DNA of 64,000 nucleotides. Origin: Aulosira sp. ZfuVER01. GTDB lineage: Bacteria > Cyanobacteriota > Cyanobacteriia > Cyanobacteriales > Nostocaceae. The position numbers were made by a program, and so were the translations under genes. The stretch covers positions 51,366-115,365 of the forward strand of contig JAVRCV020000048.1 in assembly GCA_034530615.2 (NCBI GenBank), written 5' to 3'. Of the stretch, positions 1 to 12,874 are shown one piece after another. The notes below the pieces were generated by a model, which saw only the letters and a list, made by a program, of their open reading frames with translations, searched no databases and was not told the DNA's origin. The first letter of the stretch is position 1; every line of letters begins with the position of its first letter.

Positions 1-321
1 AAAATAAAAACTAGGATGCACCCGTCTTAGGCGACTGAAGCATTGAGTCAAGCTCCTAAAAATAGGTAGAATAGTTGCAAAATTTCAATATATAAAATAG
101 TCACAAGCTACAAATCAATGCCACAGGCGCAATCTGTGCTTTTAGTTTGAGTATTAATGCTCATTAGCAAATATTGTTACTCTCAAATTTCTCCAAAAGC
201 TAAATCTCTTATTGACTTCTCAAGATAGATTTTTTAGGCTGTTCTGCTATCAGGTGCTATTGTTGAAGTCAAGTTTTAGCAACAAAAATACAAACAAATT
301 TTTGCAATTATGAGAATAGTT

Positions 322-339
322 GTTATATTAGTTTACATA
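322..339 (+). promoter_or_regulatory. Putative HLR1 (RpaB) direct-repeat site upstream of hli gene
   Basis: GTTATATT-AG-TTTACATA matches (G/T)TTACA(T/A)(T/A)-N2-(G/T)TTACA(T/A)(T/A) with one mismatch, about 40 bp before an HLIP gene. Confidence 0.6.
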
Positions 340-379
340 AGCTAATAACCCTTAGTAAACTCAGTTTGGAGTGCCAATC

Positions 380-562
380 ATGACAAATGCAACAAAAGTA
401 GTTACTGCTCCTATAGTTGAAGATCGTAACGCTTGGCGCTGGGGCTTCACCCCACAAGCAGAAATTTGGAACGGTCGCTTGGCAATGATCGGCTTTTTAG
501 CAGCAGCTTTAATTGAGCTGTTCTCTGGTAAAGGCTTTCTACACTTTTGGGGTATTCTTTAA
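380..562 (+). CDS. High-light-inducible protein (HLIP/SCP, CAB/ELIP family)
   Basis: [19 protein letters not shown] chlorophyll-binding helix motif; ATG at 380 (in-frame GTG at 371). Confidence 0.93.
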   Translation: MTNATKVVTAPIVEDRNAWRWGFTPQAEIWNGRLAMIGFLAAALIELFSGKGFLHFWGIL

Positions 563-599
563 TACCAATTTTGAATTTAAGGTTGTTGAGTTACCCTGA

Positions 600-607
600 G
601 CGATCGC
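600..607. repeat. HIP1 octamer GCGATCGC (one example; recurs throughout the window, e.g. 1325, 20718, 21730, 59030)
   Basis: Many exact GCGATCGC copies in coding and intergenic DNA. Confidence 0.95.
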
Positions 608-727
608 TTACAGTACTTGGCAATTTTGAATTGAAAGCTTTTACCATCAGGCTGTTTTCCTAATTTCAAACAACACTACCTATCTGCAATTGGTTTAAGT
701 ATTAAAATACAAAATTAGCTACAAATG

Positions 728-761
728 AAAAACCTGGGTATGTTTTCATACCCAGGTTTTT
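728..761. terminator. Bidirectional intrinsic terminator between convergent hli and sigA
   Basis: AAAAACCTGGGTATG-TTTT-CATACCCAGGTTTTT perfect hairpin with A/T tails on both sides. Confidence 0.8.
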
Positions 762-819
762 ATTCTTTGTTTATTAGTCATTAGCTTGAGACAAATGACT
801 AATAATTACTAACTAATTA

Positions 820-1998
820 CTAACGGATATATTCCTTGAGAACACTGTTACGATTTGGGTGGCGTAACTTGCGGAGTGCTTTTGCCTCAATCTGGCGAAT
901 GCGTTCGCGAGTCACGTTAAAAATCTGGCCAATTTCCTCTAAGGTCTTCATCCGACCATCATCCAAACCGTAGCGCAATCTTAGTACATCTCGTTCGCGG
1001 GGGCTGAGACTGTCGAGGACTTTTTCTAGATCTTCGCGCAACAGATTTTTGGAAACTTGGTCTTCTGGAGTCTCACCATCGGACTCAATAAAATCGCCCA
1101 ATCGAGAATCTTCTTCTTTCCCAATGGGTGTTTCTAAGGAAATAGGCAATTGGGCAGATTTAGCAATAAACCGCAACTTCTCAATTGTCATTTCCATGCG
1201 AGTAGCAATTTCCTCTTCAGTGGGTTTACGACCCATTTCTTGAGAAAGCAGCTTGGTGGTTTTCTTAATCCGAGAGATAGTTTCGTATAAGTGAACTGGA
1301 AGTCGGATAGTGCGGGATTGGTCTGCGATCGCTCTGGTAATTGCTTGACGAATCCACCATGTAGCGTAGGTAGAAAACTTATAACCTTTTTCATGGTCAA
1401 ACTTTTCTGCGGCACGAATCAAGCCAAGACTACCTTCCTGAATTAAATCTTGGAAGGACAAGCCACGATTCATATATTTCTTGGCAATTGAAACTACAAG
1501 GCGCAGGTTTGATTGCACCATTTTATCTTTTGCTCTGCGACCAATATGCAGCTTGTAGCGAAACGCTGACAATGGTAATTGCACAGCTTCTGCCCATTCG
1601 CTATCTTTTGGATCGCGTTCCAACTGTTCGGAAAGCTTTTCCCGTATCCTCTCTAATTCCAGTAATTCAGCAATTTTTCGCGCCAATTCAATTTCTTCGT
1701 CTGCCCGCAACAAACGAATTCGTCCAATTTCTTGCAAGTAAAGGCGAATTGAATCTTCCGTATAGTGCTTTTTCTTGCTTTGTGTCCGACGACGCGATTT
1801 AGCGGCTTTTCCAGACTTTGCGTCGTCCTCATCAGACTGAGGCTCTAAAAACTCATCAATTTCGCCTTCATCGTTTAGTAGTAAGTCTTCATCGACTTCA
1901 TCATCGATTAAGAGTGGGTCTAACTCGAGCTCAGGCTGATTTATCATTTCTAGGTCAGGCTGATATATGCTTTCGAGTACGTTGTTAGCCTGGTTCAT
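820..1998 (-). CDS. sigA: Principal RNA polymerase sigma factor (group 1)
   Basis: Region 1.2 [11 protein letters not shown], region 2 [32 protein letters not shown], region 4 [19 protein letters not shown], acidic N-terminus. Confidence 0.97.
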   Translation of the reverse strand: MNQANNVLESIYQPDLEMINQPELELDPLLIDDEVDEDLLLNDEGEIDEFLEPQSDEDDAKSGKAAKSRRRTQSKKKHYTEDSIRLYLQEIGRIRLLRADEEIELARKIAELLELERIREKLSEQLERDPKDSEWAEAVQLPLSAFRYKLHIGRRAKDKMVQSNLRLVVSIAKKYMNRGLSFQDLIQEGSLGLIRAAEKFDHEKGYKFSTYATWWIRQAITRAIADQSRTIRLPVHLYETISRIKKTTKLLSQEMGRKPTEEEIATRMEMTIEKLRFIAKSAQLPISLETPIGKEEDSRLGDFIESDGETPEDQVSKNLLREDLEKVLDSLSPRERDVLRLRYGLDDGRMKTLEEIGQIFNVTRERIRQIEAKALRKLRHPNRNSVLKEYIR

Positions 1999-3483
1999 GC
2001 CGCGTTCCTCATGCTCCTTGCAGAATCAATTACTCAAGATGTGTTTACTGCTCTTATTAAACGAGCTAGTTTTGATACCGAAAATATTTTTTTGGCTGGT
2101 TGCCTGAGATATTTTCGGAAATTTTGTCTCTCCTTTGGAGGAGTTTCTTACTAAGTGTGGAAATCGCTGTTGTAGCTGACTTACTCACCTTAGTAAAGGC
2201 TATGCGTATTGTTCTCGCATATTACCTTTAACTGACTTGTCTAAAAAAAGACATGTCTTGAGAAAAAAATTTACCACTACAGTTAAATAAACATAACTGT
2301 TGGTAGATTTTTTCCGTAAAGACTGTTCCGATTGTAGCCTGTTTCACAGAAATTGCACTCTTTTTGTGTGTTAATCTTGTAGTCCTTTAGGCAGGTAAAG
2401 CCACTATTAACAAAAAGAACTTCAAAATGGTAGCCATGCCCTTAAATCTTTTCTGAAACTTTTTAGAATTGCAGTGGCATTGTCATTACATTAAACGGTA
2501 AGTACACCTGTTCATGCACTCTTCTAAGTACAATGCACAACATTAATTACTTAGAAACAGCGCATTTTATATTAACTCAAGCGAGAAGCAATAGCGCACG
2601 TATTTTTACATTTCCTTCATAAAGTACTCAGTTCGTGAAGCTAAAGCGAGAGTTCTCGCTAGGTAGATACAGCAGATATGCTGATGCTTGTCTTGGGGCA
2701 CTCTGCATTATGTACGCTCATTACCTAAACTAAGGAGTTGAGGTAAGGGTAGAATCAGCCTGATAGCAGATCAATTTAGATTCAACTAATTGGTCTTATT
2801 CACACGTTAGCGCACTGTTGCGATTTCAGCCCTATGAAACTTGACAAACTTTTCCTATTGTATACAACGATATTTTAATCAATTCATCAAGGATTTGACA
2901 TTAAAGACGAGCAATTATTTGTCTACTGAAGCTAAAGAATTTAGATGGTAGGTTAGGAACCTAGTTGAAAATCTACTTTAAGTAAAATATTTGTAAATTT
3001 TAATACTCACTAACGTAGTAATTTATTAGCTATATTTTTAACAATTAATTCCCAATTTACTTAGCAAAGCGGGCTAAGTAGATGAGGTTCAGCTTTGCTA
3101 TTCAAGGATAACAAATACATTGCTAGAAAGGAGACAAAATTTACTGGTATTCATCAAGTGTTGTTTTTCACTTGACTTAACTTAAATATCAGATGAAGTT
3201 AACAAACTTGCCAATGTGTAATCACTTAAGCTGAAAGAAAATATTGACAAAAAAAACATTATATGCAGTTGCTAACAGGGAATTAATTTGATGATTTTTG
3301 TAATGAATATTTATATATTTTATTAACCACTTTTTATTGTCTAACTGTGTTGCTGTTTGGGTACGTGCAATACACTCTCTAAAGAGAAAGAGGCTAGTGC
3401 AAGAAGGCAGCATGGGGCATTGGTATTCTTTACGCCCCATGCTTACGTAATCCCACTCCTTCCTGGGGTGGAATGACCTTAAT

Positions 3484-5475
<1,992 letters not shown>

Positions 5476-5648
5476 TCACTCCAAAATTCTAACACAAAAG
5501 CCTTGCTGGCGTCTGTAGGGCAATTTTGTGAGAAGTTTATACAGGGACTGCATCCCTGTTGAAATTGGGGGAGTAAGCGGGGAAAGGGGACAAGGAAGTG
5601 TGGGGAGTGTGGGAGAGGGTGGGGAGAAATAGGACAAGGGAAAATAAC

Positions 5649-5735
5649 AAATGACCAATGACTCTTGACTCTTGACTCTTGACTCTTGACCCTTGACCAT
5701 TAACTCTTAACTCTTGACTTTTGACTAAATGACTA
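5649..5735 (+). repeat. STRR-type heptamer tandem repeat (GACTCTT)n running into the miaA start
   Basis: gactctt gactctt gactctt gactctt gaccctt gaccatt aactctt aactctt gactttt. Confidence 0.85.
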
Positions 5736-6625
5736 AACTGGTTGTAATTTGTGGAGCAACGGCGACGGGTAAATCGGGTTTGGCCTTGGCTTTAGCTAGG
5801 CGGTTGGGTACTGTTATCCTCAGTGCGGATTCTCGCCAAGTTTATCGGGAGTTTGATATTGGCACAGCTAAACCTACATTAGCGGAACAAAAATTAGTGC
5901 CGCATTATTTAATAGATATCTGCGCTCCCACAAACACGATGACGGTAGCAGATTACCAAGAACAAGCGCAAGCTTTAATTGCTTCTGTTTCTGGTTCTCC
6001 TGTATTGCTGGTAGGGGGTACGGGTTTATACATACGTTCTATTGTGCAAGGCATGAAGATTCCTAGGGTTGCACCACAACAAAAATTGCGATCGCAACTC
6101 GAAGAAATTGGTCAAAATCAACTTTACGCTATGTTGCAACAAGTTGATCCTACTGCTGCACAAAAAATTCATCCCCATGATGCAGTACGTACTTTAAGAG
6201 CATTAGAAGTGTATTATATTACTGGAATACCTATTTCAGAACAACAAGGGGAGAACCCTCCAAATTACCCGATTTTGCAAATTGGTTTAGATTGTGACGC
6301 TGAAAGGCTACGCCTACGCATTCACAAGCGTACCGAGCAGATGATAGCAGATGGATTAGTTGCTGAGGTGGATTATCTGTGTCAGAAATATGGTGCTGAT
6401 TTATCTTTGTTAAATACTTTAGGATATCAAGAAATCAAGCAATATTTGGTTGAAGACATTTCTTTAGAAGCAGTCAAAGAATTAATAGTTTTACATACGC
6501 GGCAATTTGCCAAGCGACAACGCACTTGGTTTCAAGTATATCCACAAATCGAGTGGTTTGATGCAAACGATCCGGATTTATTTGCTAAAGTTTTGCAGCG
6601 TGTAGATAAGTTTATTGAAATTTGA
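5729..6625 (+). CDS. miaA: tRNA dimethylallyltransferase
   Basis: GATATGKS P-loop, SADSRQVY, DIGTAKP, VGGTGLY, TRQFAKRQRTWF. Confidence 0.96.
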   Translation: MTKLVVICGATATGKSGLALALARRLGTVILSADSRQVYREFDIGTAKPTLAEQKLVPHYLIDICAPTNTMTVADYQEQAQALIASVSGSPVLLVGGTGLYIRSIVQGMKIPRVAPQQKLRSQLEEIGQNQLYAMLQQVDPTAAQKIHPHDAVRTLRALEVYYITGIPISEQQGENPPNYPILQIGLDCDAERLRLRIHKRTEQMIADGLVAEVDYLCQKYGADLSLLNTLGYQEIKQYLVEDISLEAVKELIVLHTRQFAKRQRTWFQVYPQIEWFDANDPDLFAKVLQRVDKFIEI

Positions 6626-6683
6626 TCAATGATTATTAGCTAATTGATAGTCTTGACGAAAAAACTATTATAGCTATACCATA

Positions 6684-8534
6684 CTAACCTTTTAGAGATT
6701 CGTATAAAGCATCTAGTCTAGCTTGTATAGCTGGAGGTTTAGCAGTAAAATGAATATAAAAACTGGCATTATCTGCTGGTTTATCGAACACCTTGGCATA
6801 GATGTCTTCTTGAAGTTCTGGTGGGATATTCTGTACTAATAATTTGAGCTTTATATTCGTTTGTGAAGATGGGAGAGAAACTCCTGCGGCATTTTCACTA
6901 CGAACCTTAGCACCCTTAGCTGAAAGTTCAACTATACTGCCTTGATATATAGTTTCACTAATATGCTTTTCCTCCAAAAATGTATATTGTATGGGAATAA
7001 TTCCCGGAAGTGGAAAAAATTTCTCTTCTTCTCTAGGTAGAAAAAGATTGTAAGCTCCGCTGATTCCATAAACTTCGTATATAATGATTGGCTGTTTTAC
7101 ACCTTTTGGCTGTACCTGTTTGTGTCCACTTACCTTTACGATTGACCCAGCTGCTTTTAATGTCTCTTCTGAAATTAGAATTTCACCACCTGTTGTATAA
7201 GATTCAATTCGATAAGTTAGGTTTACCTGACTACCAACTATTCCATACTTCGTGCGTTTTTCGGAGCCGATATTTCCTAAAATTACCAGTCCGGTATTGA
7301 TACCAATACCCATATCTAGTTGAGGGAAGCCTAGATTTTTCAGTCTTTCATTAACAGCACCCATAGCTAATTGCATGGCACAAGCACAAGCTACGGCTTT
7401 AGCAGCGTCATCTTCTCTTGGTGTAGGCGCACCAAACAAAACCAAAATGCCATCACCCATAAATTCATTAATAGATCCTTGGTACTGGGTGATCACATCG
7501 GCCATGTATTCTAAATAGATGTTGAGAATAGTAATTACTTCTTCTGGTTGCGATCGCTCTGATATAGCTGTAAATCCTCGTAAATCTGATGTCAGAATGG
7601 TAATTTTCCGCCTTTCGCCACCAAGTTTTAATCCTTCAGGACTTTCTAATAAATTAGCTACGATATCATCACTGAGGTAACGTCCAAATACCTGGCGAAT
7701 CAGTGAATTCCTTTTTTCTAAGTCTGTGTTAGCTTGAGCCAAATCAGCAGTGCGTTCTGTGACACGCACCTCTAACTCCCTAGCGGTTTGACGCAGCCTA
7801 CCAATAACTAAGGTCAACCCAGTAAGCCCCAATACAGATAATCCACCCAACATTACAGAAGTTGTTTGCAGGCTTTTATTAGTCTTTTCTGTAAAGCTAT
7901 CTAGAGACTGAGTAATTGCCAAAACTCCGCGCACATCTCCCACTTGCCAATCGCGTTTTGGACTATTAGGGTCAGTGTCGTGACAAGCAACACAGCTAGC
8001 TTCCATCCGCACGGATTCCCCATATCGCCATAAGCTACGGCCATCTTTTGTCTCCAGACGAGAAAAATTTTTCTGTTCGGGATGTTGTCTTAGGTAAGTA
8101 AGCGCTTGTTTCTCAAACTCATCTCTCGGCCCACCTTCAGCTTTTCGCCAAGGATAAGGGTAATCACTGTATAAACGAACTGACATGCCATTCTGTTGTT
8201 CAGTGACTTTTTTGCCGAGTTCGATCGCATAAGTTGCTGGCGGAGGAATTGCGCCCTCTTTAATCAAGTAGTTGTGGGCAATGGTAATTCCTTGTACTTT
8301 TTTAGCCCGATTGGCCGCTGAATCACTGTAAAGTCTCCAAGCATCAATAATTGACTTGGCTTGCAATTCGGCATTCATGAGTGCTTGCGATTGCATTAGG
8401 TTAGTCGAGAGACTAGACATATTTGCTAAAGCTACACCCACTCCAATGGAGAATAAAAGCAGAAGAATTAGAACAGTTTGTTTAAAAAGCAGACTCAGAA
8501 AAAAGCGCCACACTCTAGAAATCGAATTATTCAT
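6684..8534 (-). CDS. Membrane class III nucleotide cyclase (Cya2-like, probably guanylate cyclase) with extracytoplasmic Tll0287/DUF3365-like c-heme domain and C-terminal PilZ-like domain
   Basis: Two TM segments flank a domain with RLYSDYP and CVACH; catalytic TSDLRGFT, EFMGDG, GIGINTG, KYGIVGSQVNLTYRIES. Confidence 0.88.
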   Translation of the reverse strand: MNNSISRVWRFFLSLLFKQTVLILLLLFSIGVGVALANMSSLSTNLMQSQALMNAELQAKSIIDAWRLYSDSAANRAKKVQGITIAHNYLIKEGAIPPPATYAIELGKKVTEQQNGMSVRLYSDYPYPWRKAEGGPRDEFEKQALTYLRQHPEQKNFSRLETKDGRSLWRYGESVRMEASCVACHDTDPNSPKRDWQVGDVRGVLAITQSLDSFTEKTNKSLQTTSVMLGGLSVLGLTGLTLVIGRLRQTARELEVRVTERTADLAQANTDLEKRNSLIRQVFGRYLSDDIVANLLESPEGLKLGGERRKITILTSDLRGFTAISERSQPEEVITILNIYLEYMADVITQYQGSINEFMGDGILVLFGAPTPREDDAAKAVACACAMQLAMGAVNERLKNLGFPQLDMGIGINTGLVILGNIGSEKRTKYGIVGSQVNLTYRIESYTTGGEILISEETLKAAGSIVKVSGHKQVQPKGVKQPIIIYEVYGISGAYNLFLPREEEKFFPLPGIIPIQYTFLEEKHISETIYQGSIVELSAKGAKVRSENAAGVSLPSSQTNIKLKLLVQNIPPELQEDIYAKVFDKPADNASFYIHFTAKPPAIQARLDALYESLKG

Positions 8535-8841
8535 TGCATAACCCTGGTCTTATGTATTTACCTGTCATGCCTGTAAAAGCTGAATACCTTAACAAAATAT
8601 ACTTTTTTAGTTCACAATTCTGTTAAGGGAAATATCAAAGTTAGCAAAAAGTTTTACTATATTGGCAAGACGGGTAGATTTATTGATTAATTTAGTGAAC
8701 TGTCAGCTCTGCTTAGACCTCCATCTATGCTGAAAATAAATGGAGATGCGATCGCACTCTTGTAACTCCTGCCACAATATTCTTTAGTATTAACCATGCA
8801 TTTGCAGTGAACCTGGGCTGCATCCCTATAAGAAACCACTT

Positions 8842-10314
8842 ATGCTCACCCAAGATAAACAACAACGTAACTGGAAACCCATCATCAACGCATTTGAAGC
8901 TGTACTGGGCAAAAATGGCGTGGTGCAACGCCGTGAGGAACTGATTACTTATGAATGTGATGGTTTAACAGGCTATCGCCAACGTCCGGCGGTAGTTGTA
9001 CTACCTAGAACAACAGAACAAGTTGCTGCGGTAGTGAAGATATGCAACAAATACTCTCTTCCCTTTATCGCGCGCGGTTCTGGTACTGGTTTATCTGGTG
9101 GTGCTTTGCCTGGGAAAGATTCAGTTTTAATTGTCACTTCCTTAATGCGGCAAATACTCAGCATTGATTTGGACAATCAAAGGGCTGTTGTGCAACCAGG
9201 AGTAATTAATAGTTGGGTAACACAAGCAGTAAGCGGTGCTGGATTCTACTATGCACCAGACCCCTCTAGCCAAATTATCTGCTCGATTGGGGGCAACATT
9301 GCGGAGAATTCTGGCGGGGTACATTGTCTCAAATATGGTGTGACTACTAACCATGTTTTGGGATTGAAACTAGTACTTCCCGATGGTGAAATTGTCGATG
9401 TGGGAGGGCAAATTCCCGAAATGCCTGGTTATGATTTAACAGGTATATTTGTCGGTTCGGAAGGTACTTTGGGTATCGCTACAGAAATTACGCTAAAAAT
9501 TCTCAAAAGTGCAGAATCAATTTGTGTTTTGTTGGCAGATTTTAATAGCGTTGAAGCTGCTGGGTCGACGGTTTCCGATATCATCAGTGCGGGGATTATT
9601 CCTGGTGGTATGGAAATGATGGATAACTTCAGCATCAATGCTGTTGAAGATGTTGTGGCCACAAATTGTTATCCCCGCGATGCTACTGCAATTTTGCTCA
9701 TAGAAATTGACGGTTTAGAAGTAGAAGTTGCAGGTAATAAACAGCGTGTAATTGAAATTTGTCAACAGAATGGTGCGCGTAGCGTGACTTCTGCTAGCGA
9801 TCCAGAGACACGCTTAAAACTTTGGAAAGGACGCAAAGCTGCTTTTGCGGCTGCTGGACATTTAAGCCCAGATTATTATGTTCAAGATGGTGTAATTCCT
9901 CGAACACAATTACCTTATGTGTTGCAAGAAATTGAGTTATTAAGTCAAAAATTTGGTTATCGTGTCGCCAATGTATTTCATGCTGGTGATGGTAATCTTC
10001 ACCCATTGATTCTTTACGATAATTCGGTGCATGGAGCATTAGAGAAAGTGGAAGAATTAGGAGGAGAAATTCTCAAACTTTGTGTAAGAGTAGGTGGTAG
10101 CATTTCTGGCGAACATGGTATTGGTGCAGATAAAAAATGCTATATGCCAGAGATGTTTAGCCAAACTGATTTAGAAACTATGCAATGGGTAAGGCAAGTA
10201 TTTAATCCTCAAGGTTTAGCAAATCCGGAGAAGATATTCCCAACACCACGCACTTGTGGTGAGGCAGCAAATGCAGCAAGTGTCAAGCAATTTGAAGGTG
10301 TGCAAAGATTTTAA
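8842..10314 (+). CDS. glcD: Glycolate oxidase/dehydrogenase FAD subunit
   Basis: RGSGTGLSGG, YAPDPSS..CSIGGNIAENSGG..CLKYGVT, GSEGTLG, HAGDGNLHP, GEHGIG. Confidence 0.9.
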   Translation: MLTQDKQQRNWKPIINAFEAVLGKNGVVQRREELITYECDGLTGYRQRPAVVVLPRTTEQVAAVVKICNKYSLPFIARGSGTGLSGGALPGKDSVLIVTSLMRQILSIDLDNQRAVVQPGVINSWVTQAVSGAGFYYAPDPSSQIICSIGGNIAENSGGVHCLKYGVTTNHVLGLKLVLPDGEIVDVGGQIPEMPGYDLTGIFVGSEGTLGIATEITLKILKSAESICVLLADFNSVEAAGSTVSDIISAGIIPGGMEMMDNFSINAVEDVVATNCYPRDATAILLIEIDGLEVEVAGNKQRVIEICQQNGARSVTSASDPETRLKLWKGRKAAFAAAGHLSPDYYVQDGVIPRTQLPYVLQEIELLSQKFGYRVANVFHAGDGNLHPLILYDNSVHGALEKVEELGGEILKLCVRVGGSISGEHGIGADKKCYMPEMFSQTDLETMQWVRQVFNPQGLANPEKIFPTPRTCGEAANAASVKQFEGVQRF

Positions 10315-10371
10315 TCAACGGTTAACTGTGAACAGTTTTTTAGTTAAAAGTAGTAAATCATTTCCAAGAAA

Positions 10372-10450
10372 TAAATTATCCGAATAAACCCCAGAGTCAT
10401 AGAGAAGATTTTTGCGTTATTTCTTGGATTGCTTTAATTGGAAGTCTCTA
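10372..10450. repeat. Small inverted-repeat element (TCCAAGAAATAA...TTATTTCTTGGA), related to the element at 19966-20092
   Basis: 12-bp inverted repeat; TCCAAGAAATAAATTAT is shared with 19974-19990. Confidence 0.6.
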
Positions 10451-10672
10451 GTATAAAAGCCTGCCAACACAGGCTTTTTTTGCATATTTATACTCTTCTA
10501 AAAGAGAAGCTATGTTTGATATTCTCTAAAATTGCTAGATTTGGATTTTTGCTAACTGCATCTTTGGTTATCATAAAAAATCAAGATCTAGCTACACGCT
10601 CCGGAGTCTTGAAATTTATTTTGTAGTTATATATAGTCCTTCTATTCGTTTAAAAGTAAGTCAAGCTCACAG

Positions 10673-11914
10673 ATGAATCGGTTTGCCCGCCGTTATTTTT
10701 GTTACTGGCTGTGTTTGGAATTAATATTATGCTTAATAGCATTTTCGCTTCCTTCTCACTCAGTTAATTACCAAAAAGCCAACCATCCAACTACAACAGA
10801 AATTCGGGGCGTTTGGCTAACTAATGTCGCTAGTGGCGTATTATTTGTACCTTGGGGTATTAACCGTGCTGTTAACCAACTCTCGGCACTCAACTTTAAT
10901 ACGATTTATCCTGTAGTTTGGAATAGAGGACATACTTTTTACAATAGTGCAGTTGCTAAAAAAATTATCGGTTCAGATACGCAAACTTTGCTCAAAATAA
11001 TGCATGGTGGTGGAGATATTTTAGCCAAGCTAATTAAACTTGCTAAACCTAAAGGTTTAAGTATTGTTCCTTGGTTTGAATATGGGTTAATGACACCGCA
11101 TAATTCGGAATTAGCTAGGCGGTACTCGGATTGGTTGACAATTGGGCAAGAAGGTATCAAATCTATTAAAGAAAGTCCCCGAGAAGAAATTGACAGTCAT
11201 ATTAGTAAGCAAGCTTGGCTGAATCCTCTACATCCGCAAGTTCAAGAGTTTCTTCAAGAGCTAATTGTGGAAGTTGTTAGCAATTATGATGTGGATGGTA
11301 TTCAACTTGACGATCATTTTGGGATGCCAGTGCAGTTTGGTTACGATGCTTTTACTGTTGAACTATATCAGCAAGAACATCAAGGTAAAAGTCCACCAAA
11401 AAACCCTTTTAACCCCGAATGGATGCGTTGGCGAGCTGATAAAATTACTGATTTTATGGCTGCGATTTATCAAGCTGTGAAGGCGATTAAGCCTCATGCC
11501 AAAATTTCTCTATCTCCGAATTCTCAAGCTTTTGCCTACAAATACTACTTGCAAAACTGGGAAGATTGGGTAAAAAAAGGTTTGGTAGATGAGTTGATTT
11601 TGCAGGTATATCGAGATAACAAAAGCAGTTTTATCGCTGAGCTGGAGAAACCAGCGGTAGAATTTGCTCGCAGTCAAATCCCTGTAGGTATTGGGATAAC
11701 AACTGGAACTTTACATGATTCTGTGGATACCGCTCAAATTAAAGAACAGGTTAAAGTGGTACGCGATCGCAAATTTCCTGGTATTTCATTTTTCTACTGG
11801 GAAAGTTTATGGGGTTACATCTCGCCGGAATCACCTCAGCAAAGGCGCAGGGCTTTTGGAGAGATATTTAATACCAAAGCTGCAAGACCAATCCTACTAC
11901 CAAAGAAAATTTGA
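10673..11914 (+). CDS. Glycoside hydrolase-like 10 (GHL10/DUF187) protein with signal peptide
   Basis: EIRGVWLT, PWFEYG, WLNPLHP, YDVDGIQLDDHFG, ELILQVYR. Confidence 0.88.
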   Translation: MNRFARRYFCYWLCLELILCLIAFSLPSHSVNYQKANHPTTTEIRGVWLTNVASGVLFVPWGINRAVNQLSALNFNTIYPVVWNRGHTFYNSAVAKKIIGSDTQTLLKIMHGGGDILAKLIKLAKPKGLSIVPWFEYGLMTPHNSELARRYSDWLTIGQEGIKSIKESPREEIDSHISKQAWLNPLHPQVQEFLQELIVEVVSNYDVDGIQLDDHFGMPVQFGYDAFTVELYQQEHQGKSPPKNPFNPEWMRWRADKITDFMAAIYQAVKAIKPHAKISLSPNSQAFAYKYYLQNWEDWVKKGLVDELILQVYRDNKSSFIAELEKPAVEFARSQIPVGIGITTGTLHDSVDTAQIKEQVKVVRDRKFPGISFFYWESLWGYISPESPQQRRRAFGEIFNTKAARPILLPKKI

Positions 11915-12483
11915 TGCTATTTGCACCTGCTAAAACTCAATTTAGCTTTACATTACGGTGGACTGTAGCTACTTTTAGCGGTTTTTTAGGGAGTTTGTTA
12001 TTTATTGAAATTGGTGAAAAGCCCGATTTGGGAGTACTACAAGCTTTGATTGGCGGATTAGCGATCGCCTCTGCTCAAAGTCTGATTCTCCGACATACAA
12101 GCTTTTATGCTAAGTGGGTGTTGTTCACTGTTTTGGGTTGGGTGGCGATCGCAATCATTGGCGTTGGTGTAGTCGGTTGGATTGTACCTACAACTCAGTT
12201 GCTTCCCCTAAGAATCCTGACAGGCGCATTTTACGGCGCAGTTGGCGGTTTTGTAATTGGACTGGCTCAATGGTTAGCAATTTACCAGCCAGTTCCTTTG
12301 GCTTGGCGCTGGATATTTATTAGTGCAGTCAGTTGGGCAATTGCTATGCCTATCGGTTCTGCTATCGGGATAATTTTACGCCAACTCACACAGGTATTTT
12401 TAGGCGAAGTTATCGGTTTGGCGATCGCCTGGCTGGTGGTTGCAATTCTCAGCGGGATTAATGCTTATAAATTATTGAATTAA
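11914..12483 (+). CDS. Hypothetical multi-pass membrane protein, translationally coupled to the GHL10 gene
   Basis: Gly-rich hydrophobic segments (GLAQWL, WRWI); TGATG stop/start overlap. Confidence 0.75.
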   Translation: MLFAPAKTQFSFTLRWTVATFSGFLGSLLFIEIGEKPDLGVLQALIGGLAIASAQSLILRHTSFYAKWVLFTVLGWVAIAIIGVGVVGWIVPTTQLLPLRILTGAFYGAVGGFVIGLAQWLAIYQPVPLAWRWIFISAVSWAIAMPIGSAIGIILRQLTQVFLGEVIGLAIAWLVVAILSGINAYKLLN

Positions 12484-12874
12484 ATTGGTAATTTGTCCTT
12501 TTTCAGGAATCAAGGACTATTTATTCACCTGCTTCCTTATCCCTTATCGTTTTGCATTAAGAATTATCACAATTATTGACTATCCTGCTTGATTCTGCCT
12601 AAGATATGTGCAAAAATCTTAAGGAATTATTAAAAATCAATCTCAAATAACTTGTTACTGATCTGTCCATGCATTTTCGGCTTCAATGAGTAGGGTAGGT
12701 TAAGTTTACAGTTATCGGCTTTCTGAGATTTTTGATTGGAAATAGAGAAAGACACAAATAAAAATCAATAAAGGCTGAAAATCCTTTGCTTTGGGCGCTA
12801 AGGAGCATTCTTATCATAGTAAAAATAAGAGAGAGCGCCTAGATGAGTCAGTAATACCAGACAGGGACTCTCGC

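Noticed and set aside
3222..3440. 72-aa ORF downstream of gyrB
   Set aside because: Starts inside a terminator-like hairpin, AT-rich, with no recognisable features.
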